Source of the DNA: Patescibacteria group bacterium
GTDB taxonomy: Bacteria > Patescibacteriota > Minisyncoccia > Phycocordibacterales > CAIZLB01
DNA length: 57,869 nt
NCBI GenBank assembly: GCA_040384865.1
Contig: JAZKIM010000004.1
Span: 16,105-73,973, forward strand
Reading direction: 5' to 3'
Shown here piece by piece: positions 10,118 to 18,235 of the stretch (position 1 is the stretch's first letter; each line of letters starts with the position of its first letter). The position numbers and the translations under genes are program-made. Under the pieces are notes generated by a model. That model ran no database searches. It had not been told where the DNA came from and saw only the letters and a list, made by a program, of their open reading frames with translations.

Positions 10118-10166
10118 ATTTCAATTCTATCAAAACCAGCATGAAGGGCAAATGAAGTATGTCTGT

Positions 10167-11234
10167 CTATCGGGAAATGCGTCCTGTCGTCAATCGGAAT
10201 ATTACTTCGCGCAAGGCCGCTTCGCTTGAAGTGATGACGAGGGTGTTTTGATCGATAAAAGTATAGAGCATTTTTATTTTACCGTTGTCATCAAGAAGAA
10301 CGCGAGTGTCTTTGTTGTTTATCACTTTATCTACAAAGGGTTTACCATTAAATCGATTTGTACTGGCGTCAACCGCCCCTTCTTCTCCTATAATGTTCAA
10401 ACGTCGATTGATCACAATACCTCCAATGTCATCTTCCATATTTGGTTCCCAAGTAAGCATGCCGGCATAGGCGTTATCGTATGAATTTACTCTTAGGATA
10501 ATAAAACTATCGTGGGGAGTTAGTGAATATATACCGAATATAAATCCAGGTTCAAAAGCTCTAATGAGAGAGCTTGGAGCGCGTATTCTAAGGAATGTAA
10601 GCCAGTCTTCTGCTGTTAATGTGTGTATAACTCCAGTACCGTCTGTTCTGATAAACACTATGCGTTTCATTGAACCAAAAGGGAGTTCGATAGCTTTCTC
10701 TGTTTGTATTGTTTTTTCTATATCGACAGCTTCTTTTCCTCGTACATCTATGGTGAAATTCTCTTCGGTTTCGAGAGGCGGTGTTGTTATCGTGGTCGAT
10801 GTTGGCGGTGTTACCTCTGAGTTTTTCGAGATCGCACCCCATAAAAAAAGGCCGCCTCCGAGTACAAGCAGTACAACGATTGCAATTCCGATATAGAACT
10901 TGTTTTTCGGTGACGTTTCGCCAAGTGTTTGGTCGAACGTCCCTTGTCGTTCCTGTCTCTTTTTTTCAGCTAGAGCAATTTTAATTAAAGAAACGTTATC
11001 ACTGTGAACCGCATTGGCTACATCGCTTTGAAACGTGCGAATATTTTGCATGTCGTCCGGAGCTTTTATCCCAGGCTGGCTTTGCAGTGCATCGGAGAGA
11101 TGAATGGTGGGATGACGCTGTTCGTTTCGTATATCCTCATTAACCACACCTATATCAGGGCCGGTGATTTCACCTGAGTCATTGATGTCTCGATCTGCAT
11201 TTGGATATGAAAATTTTTTTGGTTCGCCGTCCAT
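10167..11234 (-). CDS. hypothetical single-pass membrane protein
   Basis: 355-aa ORF with one clear TM helix (FYIGIAIVVLLVLGGGLFLWGAI) followed by a T/P-rich linker. No recognised domain. Confidence 0.75.
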   Translation of the reverse strand: MDGEPKKFSYPNADRDINDSGEITGPDIGVVNEDIRNEQRHPTIHLSDALQSQPGIKAPDDMQNIRTFQSDVANAVHSDNVSLIKIALAEKKRQERQGTFDQTLGETSPKNKFYIGIAIVVLLVLGGGLFLWGAISKNSEVTPPTSTTITTPPLETEENFTIDVRGKEAVDIEKTIQTEKAIELPFGSMKRIVFIRTDGTGVIHTLTAEDWLTFLRIRAPSSLIRAFEPGFIFGIYSLTPHDSFIILRVNSYDNAYAGMLTWEPNMEDDIGGIVINRRLNIIGEEGAVDASTNRFNGKPFVDKVINNKDTRVLLDDNGKIKMLYTFIDQNTLVITSSEAALREVIFRLTTGRISR

Positions 11235-11313
11235 ATGCTTGTATTATCCCGCAAAAGTGAAGAAAAAGAAATGACGTTTTTACAATACTGCAAAAACGTC
11301 ATTTTCTTTTTTC

Positions 11314-11925
11314 TTAACCAATAATGTCTGAGGGGGAAACATCAAATTCCTCTTCGCTCTCTGGGGTTGATTTCTGTCCATTTCCTCGTTGTCCACCACC
11401 TGATGTTCGTCGGGGGGAAAAATTCATAATATATTTTCGAGGATTTTCGCACATATCGATGAATTCGTCGGCAGCCTCGCGAAGTTTTCCTGAAGATGAT
11501 TTGCCAAACGATATCACTTCAACTTGGCATCCTTCATTTGTCTGAAGATATTCTACGAGCGGTACGAAGTCGCCGTCCCCTGTGGCGAGAATAATAGTGT
11601 CGAGCTTCGGTGCTAGTTTTATAGCGTCGACAGCAAGACCAACGTCCCAGTCTGCTTTTTTTGATCCAGAGCTAAAGATCTGTAGGTTTTTTGATTTTGT
11701 TTCAATACCGATTTTTCCGAGAGCTTCGAAAAAATTGTTCTCCTCCCCGCTTTCTGTAGTTATGACGTACGCAATGGCACGAATAAGTGCGCGACCCGCG
11801 AGCGCTTCCTTCATAATGGCGCCGAAATTCACCCGGCCGTGGTAGAGATTCTTGGCGCTATGGTAGAGATTCTGTGTGTCGATAAATATACCGACACGCT
11901 GTTCCTTATGTTTGATTACTGACAT
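11314..11925 (-). CDS. NYN/LabA-like (PIN-like) domain protein
   Basis: VGIFIDTQNLYHSAKNLY...RAIAYV...ADWDVGLAVDA...IILATGDGDFVPLVEYLQ matches the LabA/DUF88 NYN-domain layout. The C-terminal tail is G/R-rich. Confidence 0.85.
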   Translation of the reverse strand: MSVIKHKEQRVGIFIDTQNLYHSAKNLYHGRVNFGAIMKEALAGRALIRAIAYVITTESGEENNFFEALGKIGIETKSKNLQIFSSGSKKADWDVGLAVDAIKLAPKLDTIILATGDGDFVPLVEYLQTNEGCQVEVISFGKSSSGKLREAADEFIDMCENPRKYIMNFSPRRTSGGGQRGNGQKSTPESEEEFDVSPSDIIG

Positions 11926-12029
11926 AAAATTTGTGAAAAACTTATTAAAAATAACTGACTTTTATAAAATACCAATGTTTTCAAAGAATCTAAACCAATA
12001 CGCTCCTCTTGAGTGAGGAGCGACTGGAT

Positions 12030-12305
12030 TTAGGCAGACTTTTTCTTTAACTCGAGTTTTCCGACAAGCTGCTCATATCGAGCCTTGTTGTGCTTCATCA
12101 GGTACTTCAAATGCTTTTGTCGGTCAGCAACGAGCTGAAGAAGGCCACGCCGTGAGTGGTTATCTTTATTGTGCGTTTTGAGGTGCTTTGCGAGCTCCTC
12201 AATTCGCTTAGAGATAATTGAGATCTGAACTTCAGGTGAACCTGTGTCCTTATCGTGAATTTTGACCGCCTTTATCGCCTTTGTCTTCTTCGTCTTTGTT
12301 AACAT
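12030..12305 (-). CDS. rpsO: 30S ribosomal protein S15
   Basis: DTGSPEVQISIISKRIEELAKHLKTHNKDNHSRRGLLQLVADRQKHLKYL is the canonical S15 core. I chose the ATG at 12305; the track start at 12314 is a TTG. Confidence 0.92.
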   Translation of the reverse strand: MLTKTKKTKAIKAVKIHDKDTGSPEVQISIISKRIEELAKHLKTHNKDNHSRRGLLQLVADRQKHLKYLMKHNKARYEQLVGKLELKKKSA

Positions 12306-12415
12306 GATGGGCAAAGAATAGCATTTAAGGCTAAAAATAGCAAGGGGAATAAGGCTTGGCGGAGTTTTTGTAAGTATAGGCTATCGATCCTTAATTCGGT
12401 GTATACTTAGAGTAA

Positions 12416-13312
12416 ATGTCGCACAACCTAACCATTCTCAAGCGTCAATTTCTAGAACATGTCGAGATTGAAAAAGGTCGAAGTCTAAAAACTGTTGAAA
12501 ATTATGACCGGTACCTCACTCTTTTCCTTGGTTATCTCAAAAAAGATGATCCGGCCGATATTACAGCGGACGCTATTCGTGAATATCGACTGTGGCTAAA
12601 TCGCCGAATTAATCAAAAAAGGGCTGACTTTAAGGAAACAATCAAGAAAAAGACTCAAAATTACTACTTAATTGCTCTCCGTTCATTCTTAAAATATCTC
12701 GCTAAACGTGAGATTAAGGCTATACCAGGAGACACTATAGAGCTCGCAAAGGTACCTGAACGCTCTCTTGACCTTATTACCTCCGAAGAGCTTAATCGTC
12801 TGCTTTCTGGACCAAATGATGTTGAAAATGAACAGGTTAGGCTTCGCGACAAAGCTATTTTAGACCTTTTTTTCTCCACCGGCCTTCGAGTATCCGAGCT
12901 TTGCTCCTTACCCCGAGACCTTGATCTCACAAAAGATGAGTTTTCTGTCCGTGGTAAAGGTGAAAAGGTTCGAGTTGTATTCTTGTCATTAGAGGCAAAA
13001 GATGCCTTAAAGGCCTATTTGAAGAAGCGCGGAGACATAGACAATGATCGTCTTTTTAATCTCACTCCCCGCTCTATCCAACGTCTTGTAAAACATTACG
13101 CCATAAAAGCTGGTATTTCTAAAAAAGTTACCCCACATGTCATTCGTCACAGTTTTGCCACAGATTTGCTCCAAAATGGGGCAGATCTACGATCAGTTCA
13201 AATGCTTCTTGGTCATGCAAACATCACTACAACCCAAATATATACCCATTTGACGGATAAGCATTTGCACGACGTGCACAAAAACTTTCATAGTAAAAAG
13301 AAAAGCAGCTAG
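12416..13312 (+). CDS. xerC: tyrosine site-specific recombinase, XerC/XerD family
   Basis: 298 aa. An N-terminal SAM-like domain is followed by a catalytic domain with TGLRVSEL, HVIRHSFATDLLQNGADLRSVQMLLGHANITTTQIYTH (R..HxxR..Y signature). Choosing XerC over XerD is not resolvable by eye. Confidence 0.85.
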   Translation: MSHNLTILKRQFLEHVEIEKGRSLKTVENYDRYLTLFLGYLKKDDPADITADAIREYRLWLNRRINQKRADFKETIKKKTQNYYLIALRSFLKYLAKREIKAIPGDTIELAKVPERSLDLITSEELNRLLSGPNDVENEQVRLRDKAILDLFFSTGLRVSELCSLPRDLDLTKDEFSVRGKGEKVRVVFLSLEAKDALKAYLKKRGDIDNDRLFNLTPRSIQRLVKHYAIKAGISKKVTPHVIRHSFATDLLQNGADLRSVQMLLGHANITTTQIYTHLTDKHLHDVHKNFHSKKKSS

Positions 13313-13372
13313 GTCTTTTAGGTGTTAAATAGAAAGAATGTAATTACCCTTCGCTCTTGATATACTTCCCTT

Positions 13373-14149
13373 ATGAAAATTATATGTTGGAACGTCAACG
13401 GTATACGCGCCTGGAGTAAAAAAGGAAGCTTCGACTGGGTGCTTTCACAAAAGCCAGATATTTTCTGTTTGCAGGAAACAAAAGCTCATCCAGAGCAGTT
13501 GACTGCCGATATCCTTTCTCCTAAAGGTTATGTATCTTACTTTGACCATGCACGTACGCGTAAGGGATATAGTGGTGTTGCGGTTTATACAAAAACTGCA
13601 CCAAACAAAATTGATTATGCACTTGGTGTTTCAGAGTTGGATCAAGAAGGCCGATTTTTAGCTCTCTATTTTGATACCTTTGTTCTCATTAACTGTTACT
13701 TCCCTAATGGCGGTGGTGCACCCGAACGACTTGCGTATAAGCTTGCCTACTACGAAGCCTTTTTAAAATATGCTGAAAAATGTAGAAAGAAGGGTTTTGA
13801 AATTGTTTTTTGTGGCGACGTAAACGTTGCTCATAATGAAATTGATATTGCTCGACCAAAGGAAAACATGAATCATGTAGGCTTTCTTCCTGTTGAACGA
13901 GCTTGGGTGGACAGGGTTATTTCTAAAGGATATGTGGATGTATTCCGCCATTTTAATCCAGACCGCGCGGCAGCTTATACGTGGTGGGATATGAAATCAT
14001 ACGCAAGAGATAGAAATATTGGATGGAGAATTGACTATTTTTTTATCTCGCCAGTGTTGTTACCAAAAGTTATTGATATCAAAATCCACGCGGATATTTT
14101 TGGTTCGGATCACTGCCCTATTGAATTGGTGATAGATTTAAAAAAGTAG
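13373..14149 (+). CDS. xth: exodeoxyribonuclease III (AP endonuclease)
   Basis: MKIICWNVNGIRA...FCLQETK...YSGVAVY...NCYFPNGG...GDVNVAHNEIDI...WRIDYFF...GSDHCPI: all ExoIII/EEP motifs are present. Confidence 0.93.
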   Translation: MKIICWNVNGIRAWSKKGSFDWVLSQKPDIFCLQETKAHPEQLTADILSPKGYVSYFDHARTRKGYSGVAVYTKTAPNKIDYALGVSELDQEGRFLALYFDTFVLINCYFPNGGGAPERLAYKLAYYEAFLKYAEKCRKKGFEIVFCGDVNVAHNEIDIARPKENMNHVGFLPVERAWVDRVISKGYVDVFRHFNPDRAAAYTWWDMKSYARDRNIGWRIDYFFISPVLLPKVIDIKIHADIFGSDHCPIELVIDLKK

Positions 14150-14605
14150 ATATATAGGACATATCAAGTTATCCACATGCTGGTTTACTTTGTCCTTTAC
14201 ATGTCTTTTATTGTGCGTAGAATAATAAACAGGCAAGCGTCCGATACATGGAGCGAGGTTCTTTCACAAGTCAGTTAATAGACAAGTAAAGGTCAATTTA
14301 ATCGAAGGTTTGTTTGATGGAAGTTAAGAAACGATTCTCGTTTTTTAATTAGGGCCGCTTTCGCGGCACCACAAATCTTGGGAGTTCGTTCCCACACCTC
14401 TTTCTCGCACATTCTTCGATGGTAGCCTTTATTAGTCCCGGTTTTAGCCACCTATACGCCATTTATCTATTTGTTTCTTGGACACGGATCTTAGTGAGGA
14501 GATTGTTTTTCTTCTTTAAGATCCGTGGCCAAGGGGCTGCGTTGGGTGGCTTTTTGTTACTCGAATTGGTATGTAAAATAAAAAACGCCCATTATTAGGC
14601 GTTTT

Positions 14606-16078
14606 TTATTTTACATTATGCTTTTGTTTGATTAGTTGGATTTCAGTCTCTTCTTGTTCGTCTTTTGCCTGTTTCCCTGCCTCTGACTTTTTTTTCAATT
14701 CAGTATCTGATAGCTTGTTTAAGTCTAAGGCTAACTCCTTTAGATTGCCCTCAGTATTTAGCTTTGGATCTTCCAGCACCTCCTCGAGCAAGGCGTGTAA
14801 TATATACCCGATTCTAGGCCCCGGTTCCACGTGTAACGTTTCCATAAGCGTCTTTCCGTCCACCTTAAGCATGCCGACAGACACAGGGTCTCTCATTGCT
14901 TCTTCAAGCATTGCTTTGTATTTTCTAAGTCGGTACGGGTTTTCTTTTGGTCTACCTGTCCCAATTCGATCGCAAATGCGTAGGTTCATGAGATCCCATA
15001 TGTTTTCCCTTCCAACGTTTACAATCATACGTCGCACCGCTGAAAGGCTAATTTGTTCAGTATCAGAGAAGAACATATGCCAACGTACAAGCTTCGCTAC
15101 TAATTCTATTGTTTTTTTTGGATATTTTAAGTTTTCCAGTATCTTTTTGGTCATTTTTGCCCCCACTACCTCATGTCCGTAAAAGGTTACATCTCCTTTT
15201 TCAGGTGAAAAACGGCTTGTTTTTGGTTTTCCGATGTCGTGTAGAAGTGCTGAAAGCCTAATTTCCAAAGCCCACCCCTTATCGGCTGCATGCTGAAGGC
15301 TACGTACAAGATGCTCAAATACGTCGTATGCATGAGCTTGGTTTTGTTTCATATGTAACCCCTCTTCGAGTTCTGGGATGATAAATGGCAGAATACCCAT
15401 TCTTTGGGCCATTACTATGGCAACCATAGGAGACTTAGACATCATTAGTTTGTTGAATTCGTCCCTGATCCGTTCCTTTGCCACTTTTGACAACATGTTT
15501 TTGTGGATCAAAATAGCTTTTTCCGTATCGGTGTTAATTGTGAAACCTAATTCCGCAGCCAATCTTATAGCTCTCATTATTCGGAGCCCATCTTCACTGA
15601 ATCTCTCTCCTGCATCCCCTACTGCCCGTATGATTCCAGCAACTATGTCTTCTTGTCCTTTATATGGATCAATTATTTGTCCGTTAGACGGGTCGTAGGC
15701 AATAGCATTGATAGTAAAGTCTCTTCTCTTAAGGTCATCAAGAATATTCTTGCTAAAGGTCACCTGGTCGGGATGGCGGCCATCTGAATATATACTCTCT
15801 AGTCGGTAAGGTGTCACTTCGATAATTTCTTCCGTCTCCCCCACCACAACACCGACTGTCCCAAAGGAGTTTTCATAAAAAGTCTTATCAAACAGAGGAA
15901 TGATTTGTTCAGGAGTAGCATTGGTTGTGACGTCCCAATCTTTGGGGGTTTTACTTCGAAAGATATCCCTTACACAGCCCCCTACTAAAAAAGCCTCAAA
16001 ACCAGCCTTTTTGAGTGTTTCTGTTGTGCGGAGAACTTCCGGAGGAATGATCATTGTTTGAAATTGCCCTTTATTCAT
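14606..16078 (-). CDS. cca: CCA-adding tRNA nucleotidyltransferase with HD domain
   Basis: FLVGGCVRD...DWDV...RDFTINA, the class II nucleotidyltransferase head. It is followed by an HD domain (LLHDIGKP...HEVVG). Confidence 0.9.
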   Translation of the reverse strand: MNKGQFQTMIIPPEVLRTTETLKKAGFEAFLVGGCVRDIFRSKTPKDWDVTTNATPEQIIPLFDKTFYENSFGTVGVVVGETEEIIEVTPYRLESIYSDGRHPDQVTFSKNILDDLKRRDFTINAIAYDPSNGQIIDPYKGQEDIVAGIIRAVGDAGERFSEDGLRIMRAIRLAAELGFTINTDTEKAILIHKNMLSKVAKERIRDEFNKLMMSKSPMVAIVMAQRMGILPFIIPELEEGLHMKQNQAHAYDVFEHLVRSLQHAADKGWALEIRLSALLHDIGKPKTSRFSPEKGDVTFYGHEVVGAKMTKKILENLKYPKKTIELVAKLVRWHMFFSDTEQISLSAVRRMIVNVGRENIWDLMNLRICDRIGTGRPKENPYRLRKYKAMLEEAMRDPVSVGMLKVDGKTLMETLHVEPGPRIGYILHALLEEVLEDPKLNTEGNLKELALDLNKLSDTELKKKSEAGKQAKDEQEETEIQLIKQKHNVK

Positions 16079-16136
16079 GGGCTCATTCTAGTATATGTTT
16101 TGATTTTTAGCCATTTTAATGTATGATTCCTTCACT

Positions 16137-16208
16137 GCACCTATGGTGAAATGGATATCACAACGGTCTTCGGAACCGTTATTCTAGGTTCGAATCCTGG
16201 TAGGTGCA
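16137..16208 (+). tRNA. tRNA-Arg (anticodon UCG)
   Basis: Folded by hand. Acceptor gcaccta/taggtgc, D arm gtga-aatggata-tcac, anticodon arm acggt-cTTCGga-accgt, T arm ctagg-ttcgaat-cctgg, discriminator a. Confidence 0.85.
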
Positions 16209-16325
16209 CAATGTTGCAATAGGTAGTTGCTTGGCCATTTGTTCTTTAGTTTCCCGTGCAATTAGGAATTAAAGTTTTGCGGCAGATGTGTTATAGTGTT
16301 TGGCAAGCGAAATATATAGCCGAAT

Positions 16326-16396
16326 GCGGGTATGGTTTAGTGGTAGAATGCGTCCTTGCCAAGGACGAGACGAGAGTTCGATTCTCTCTACCCGCA
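16326..16396 (+). tRNA. tRNA-Gly (anticodon GCC)
   Basis: Acceptor gcgggta/tacccgc, anticodon arm cgtcc-ttGCCaa-ggacg, T arm gagag-ttcgatt-ctctc. Confidence 0.9.
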
Positions 16397-16444
16397 CAAA
16401 TAGAAAAACGCATGTCTTTTTAAAGGCGCGCGTTTTTCTATTTG
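16397..16444 (+). terminator. long hairpin directly after tRNA-Gly(GCC)
   Basis: caaatagaaaaacgc (16397-16411) pairs perfectly with gcgtttttctatttg (16430-16444). That is a 15-bp stem with a U-rich 3' arm. Confidence 0.6.
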
Positions 16445-16566
16445 TTCAGGGAGTATTTAATTAAAGGTAAAAATATTTTTTGACTCAATATAACTATATT
16501 TGTTGATAAATATAGGTTGGCGAGTCCCTCCGTCTCTAAATTGTAGAAATATCTTTTGCACCAACC

Positions 16567-16575
16567 TGTGGATAA
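16567..16575 (-). promoter_or_regulatory. perfect DnaA-box consensus (TGTGGATAA = TTATCCACA on the other strand)
   Basis: Exact 9-mer in the AT-rich spacer. One-mismatch copy tgttgataa at 16501-16509. Another exact TTATCCACA at 14169-14177. Function untested. Confidence 0.3.
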
Positions 16576-16596
16576 CTCGGTGGATATGTGCATAAA

Positions 16597-16614
16597 AGAC
16601 AGAAATTTCTGTCT
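16597..16614. repeat. perfect 18-bp palindrome AGACAGAAATTTCTGTCT
   Basis: Read directly. It lies 22 nt from the DnaA-box-like site, inside a non-coding AT-rich spacer. Confidence 0.8.
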
Positions 16615-17138
16615 AATATAGAAATGATGAAAATTAGTAAAAAAATCAAAAAATGGCTCAGTAGGAACCTGTAAAGTAAAAGACGGTGACAAAACAAGGT
16701 CTTATATTGCATAATTATATGTTTCACGTGCTACATGACATGTTTTATCATTTTAGGTGAATGAAATGTTCCACGATTAACGTTTAAAATAAGAATGGCT
16801 TAAATTAAGGACATCTTAATAATTGGGTTAAGATGTTTCCAGTATGTTTGTGTTATTTATGAAACATGATTAATGGAATTGAGGTTATGTATCGTTAGGA
16901 TGAATTTGCCGCTGTAAAAACATAAGGGACATTGAAGGGAAATGTGTTAATAGATAGGAGATTTCGCGCTATGTAAAAGGACAAGGTGTTATTTAGATGG
17001 TAATAGGAGCGGGGGATTGGTCCTTGTTTCTTCACATCTATTGAAAAATATGTCTGAAAATTATTAATATAGGGCATATTAATTGAGCACGTAGCAATTG
17101 TGTGTTAAGCTACGGCTCTAGATTTTAGGTCTGGTCAT

Positions 17139-17211
17139 CGGGGTGTGGTGTAACGGCTAACATGCTTCACTTGGGCTGAAGTGACTCCGGGTTCGAATCC
17201 CGGCACCCCGA
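17139..17211 (+). tRNA. tRNA-Pro (anticodon UGG)
   Basis: Acceptor cggggtg/caccccg (the C1:G72 pair typical of bacterial tRNA-Pro), anticodon arm cttca-ctTGGgc-tgaag, T arm ccggg-ttcgaat-cccgg. Confidence 0.9.
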
Positions 17212-17335
17212 CAATTAACGGCTAGGACGAGTAGGGTAGCTATCTCGAGCGCTCGAGGTACTTCAAAAGTAGGGGAGAACTTGTTTATTTATGGGTAATA
17301 ATCTCTAGGTTTCTTATATTGGACATTTTTTGTAA

Positions 17336-17367
17336 AGAAAAACGCATCAGCCGAAGCTAATGCGTTT
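17336..17367 (-). terminator. rho-independent terminator of the GC-rich cassette gene
   Basis: The minus-strand RNA reads aaacgcat-t-agc-uucg-gcu-g-augcguuu followed by UUUUC UUU. It lies 57 nt downstream of the stop at 17424. Confidence 0.7.
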
Positions 17368-17423
17368 GTTGAAAGTTTTAAGAGGATTGAACTCTACGGT
17401 TACTTCACCGAGTGGGTTTACCA

Positions 17424-17933
17424 CTATTTACGAAACAGGTGCCAGTTTCCTGGCGACTTGTTGGACGACGAGTTTACGATCGAGTAAACCCTGTCCAAAT
17501 CAAATCGCAACCAGGTAACCAAACCGTAAGGCTTGATCCTTTCCGTGGAGAAGAGCTGGACCATCGTAATGAGGCCATCTGCACCAAAACAGTGCTGATC
17601 GGATCCCAGCTGCTCTGGCAAATCCGCATGCTGTTCTGCACACGAAACCAGTTCCCGCACGTTGGTCGTTTTCAGACCGCTCATCTCGGCATAGCGTTCA
17701 GGATCTTTGTAGTCCTGACTGCCACGGACGAGGACGAACTGCACCTGCTCCACTCCTTCTTCCCGTTGAGCGTAACTATGCTCGATATTGGAGAGCTGGA
17801 GCGGGCAAGAGGTCGGCATCTTGTCCGGGAACTTCTGCACGATCTCGCGCCAGTTCCTGCTGTGGTCGACGGTTGCCGAGAGTTCGATGATCTGGCGGTT
17901 TTTCTGCAAGTAGGCGTGATCGATTGTGTTCAT
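17424..17933 (-). CDS. hypothetical protein encoded in a GC-rich foreign cassette; possibly the frameshifted body of a macro-like domain gene
   Basis: The minus-strand ORF has normal amino-acid composition. The overlapping plus-strand 190-aa ORF is R/L-rich shadow. It has its own consensus promoter and terminator. The ATG is at 17933 (the track TTG start is at 17954). A TGA closes this frame just upstream, while a GTG-initiated N-terminal piece (18054 downward) sits in another frame. Confidence 0.55.
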   Translation of the reverse strand: MNTIDHAYLQKNRQIIELSATVDHSRNWREIVQKFPDKMPTSCPLQLSNIEHSYAQREEGVEQVQFVLVRGSQDYKDPERYAEMSGLKTTNVRELVSCAEQHADLPEQLGSDQHCFGADGLITMVQLFSTERIKPYGLVTWLRFDLDRVYSIVNSSSNKSPGNWHLFRK

Positions 17934-18082
17934 AAGGTGATTGGTTTTTCCCAAGTTTTCTCACACGCAACCCGACAGGGTTAGCTATAAATGTGGTGAT
18001 TATCAAGGGAGGGGAGGCTTCGAAGATTTCCTCCACCCCTTTGACGATCTCCACTGATTTGATGAACTTAACTTCTGAGATA

Positions 18083-18111
18083 ATTATAGCAATAAATATT
18101 CAACTTGTCAA
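18083..18111 (-). promoter_or_regulatory. consensus sigma70-type promoter reading leftward into the GC-rich cassette
   Basis: The minus strand reads TTGACA (18111-18106), then a 17-nt spacer, then TATAAT (18088-18083). Both hexamers match the consensus exactly. Confidence 0.7.
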
Positions 18112-18200
18112 TATACTAATCAATAAAATTGATATATTAGCATTAATATAGCTATATAAATAAGGATATAATAGAAAATATATTATATTCGTCAAAAATA

Positions 18201-18229
18201 TTGACAATATAAAAAGATATCGATATACT
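18201..18229 (+). promoter_or_regulatory. near-consensus promoter for the TrmB-family gene; predicts a leaderless mRNA
   Basis: TTGACA (18201-18206), 17-nt spacer, TATACT (18224-18229). The ATG at 18236 sits 7 nt after the -10 element, with no room for an SD sequence. Confidence 0.65.
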
Positions 18230-18235
18230 TACAAA

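Noticed and set aside
14150-14605. Tested whether the gap encodes RNase P RNA, tmRNA or SRP RNA
   Set aside because: By eye I could not find the P4 strands (GGAAAGUCCGG / ACAGAAxCCGGCUUA). I also could not find a tmRNA 5' GGGG...GGAUUCGAC and 3' T-arm plus CCA acceptor, or the SRP GGAA/AGCAGCC apical motif, on either strand. Only loose look-alikes are present (aguCCCGGu, gggaGUUCGUUccc). I kept it as an unclassified ncRNA candidate rather than naming it.
16438-17077. Three 60-84-aa minus-strand ORFs in the AT-rich spacer
   Set aside because: They overlap one another and are low-complexity (F/L/I/N/Y/K-rich), as expected from AT-rich non-coding DNA. None has an SD.
16397-17138. Chromosomal replication origin
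   Set aside because: There is only one exact DnaA box and one 1-mismatch copy in the spacer (a further exact copy lies 2.4 kb away). There is no adjacent dnaA or dnaN, no clear AT-rich 13-mer DUE repeats, and I cannot compute GC skew. I report it as an observation only.
17244-17257. Perfect 14-bp GC-rich palindrome CTCGAGCGCTCGAG just after tRNA-Pro
   Set aside because: It is striking (two XhoI-type sites back to back) but short. It is most simply a small hairpin or processing signal 3' of the tRNA. I found no second copy to suggest an att or repeat function.
17412-17984. 190-aa plus-strand ORF in the GC-rich cassette
   Set aside because: It is R/L/V-rich and starts at a non-ATG codon. The promoter and terminator flanking the block are both oriented for the minus strand, so it is a high-GC shadow ORF.
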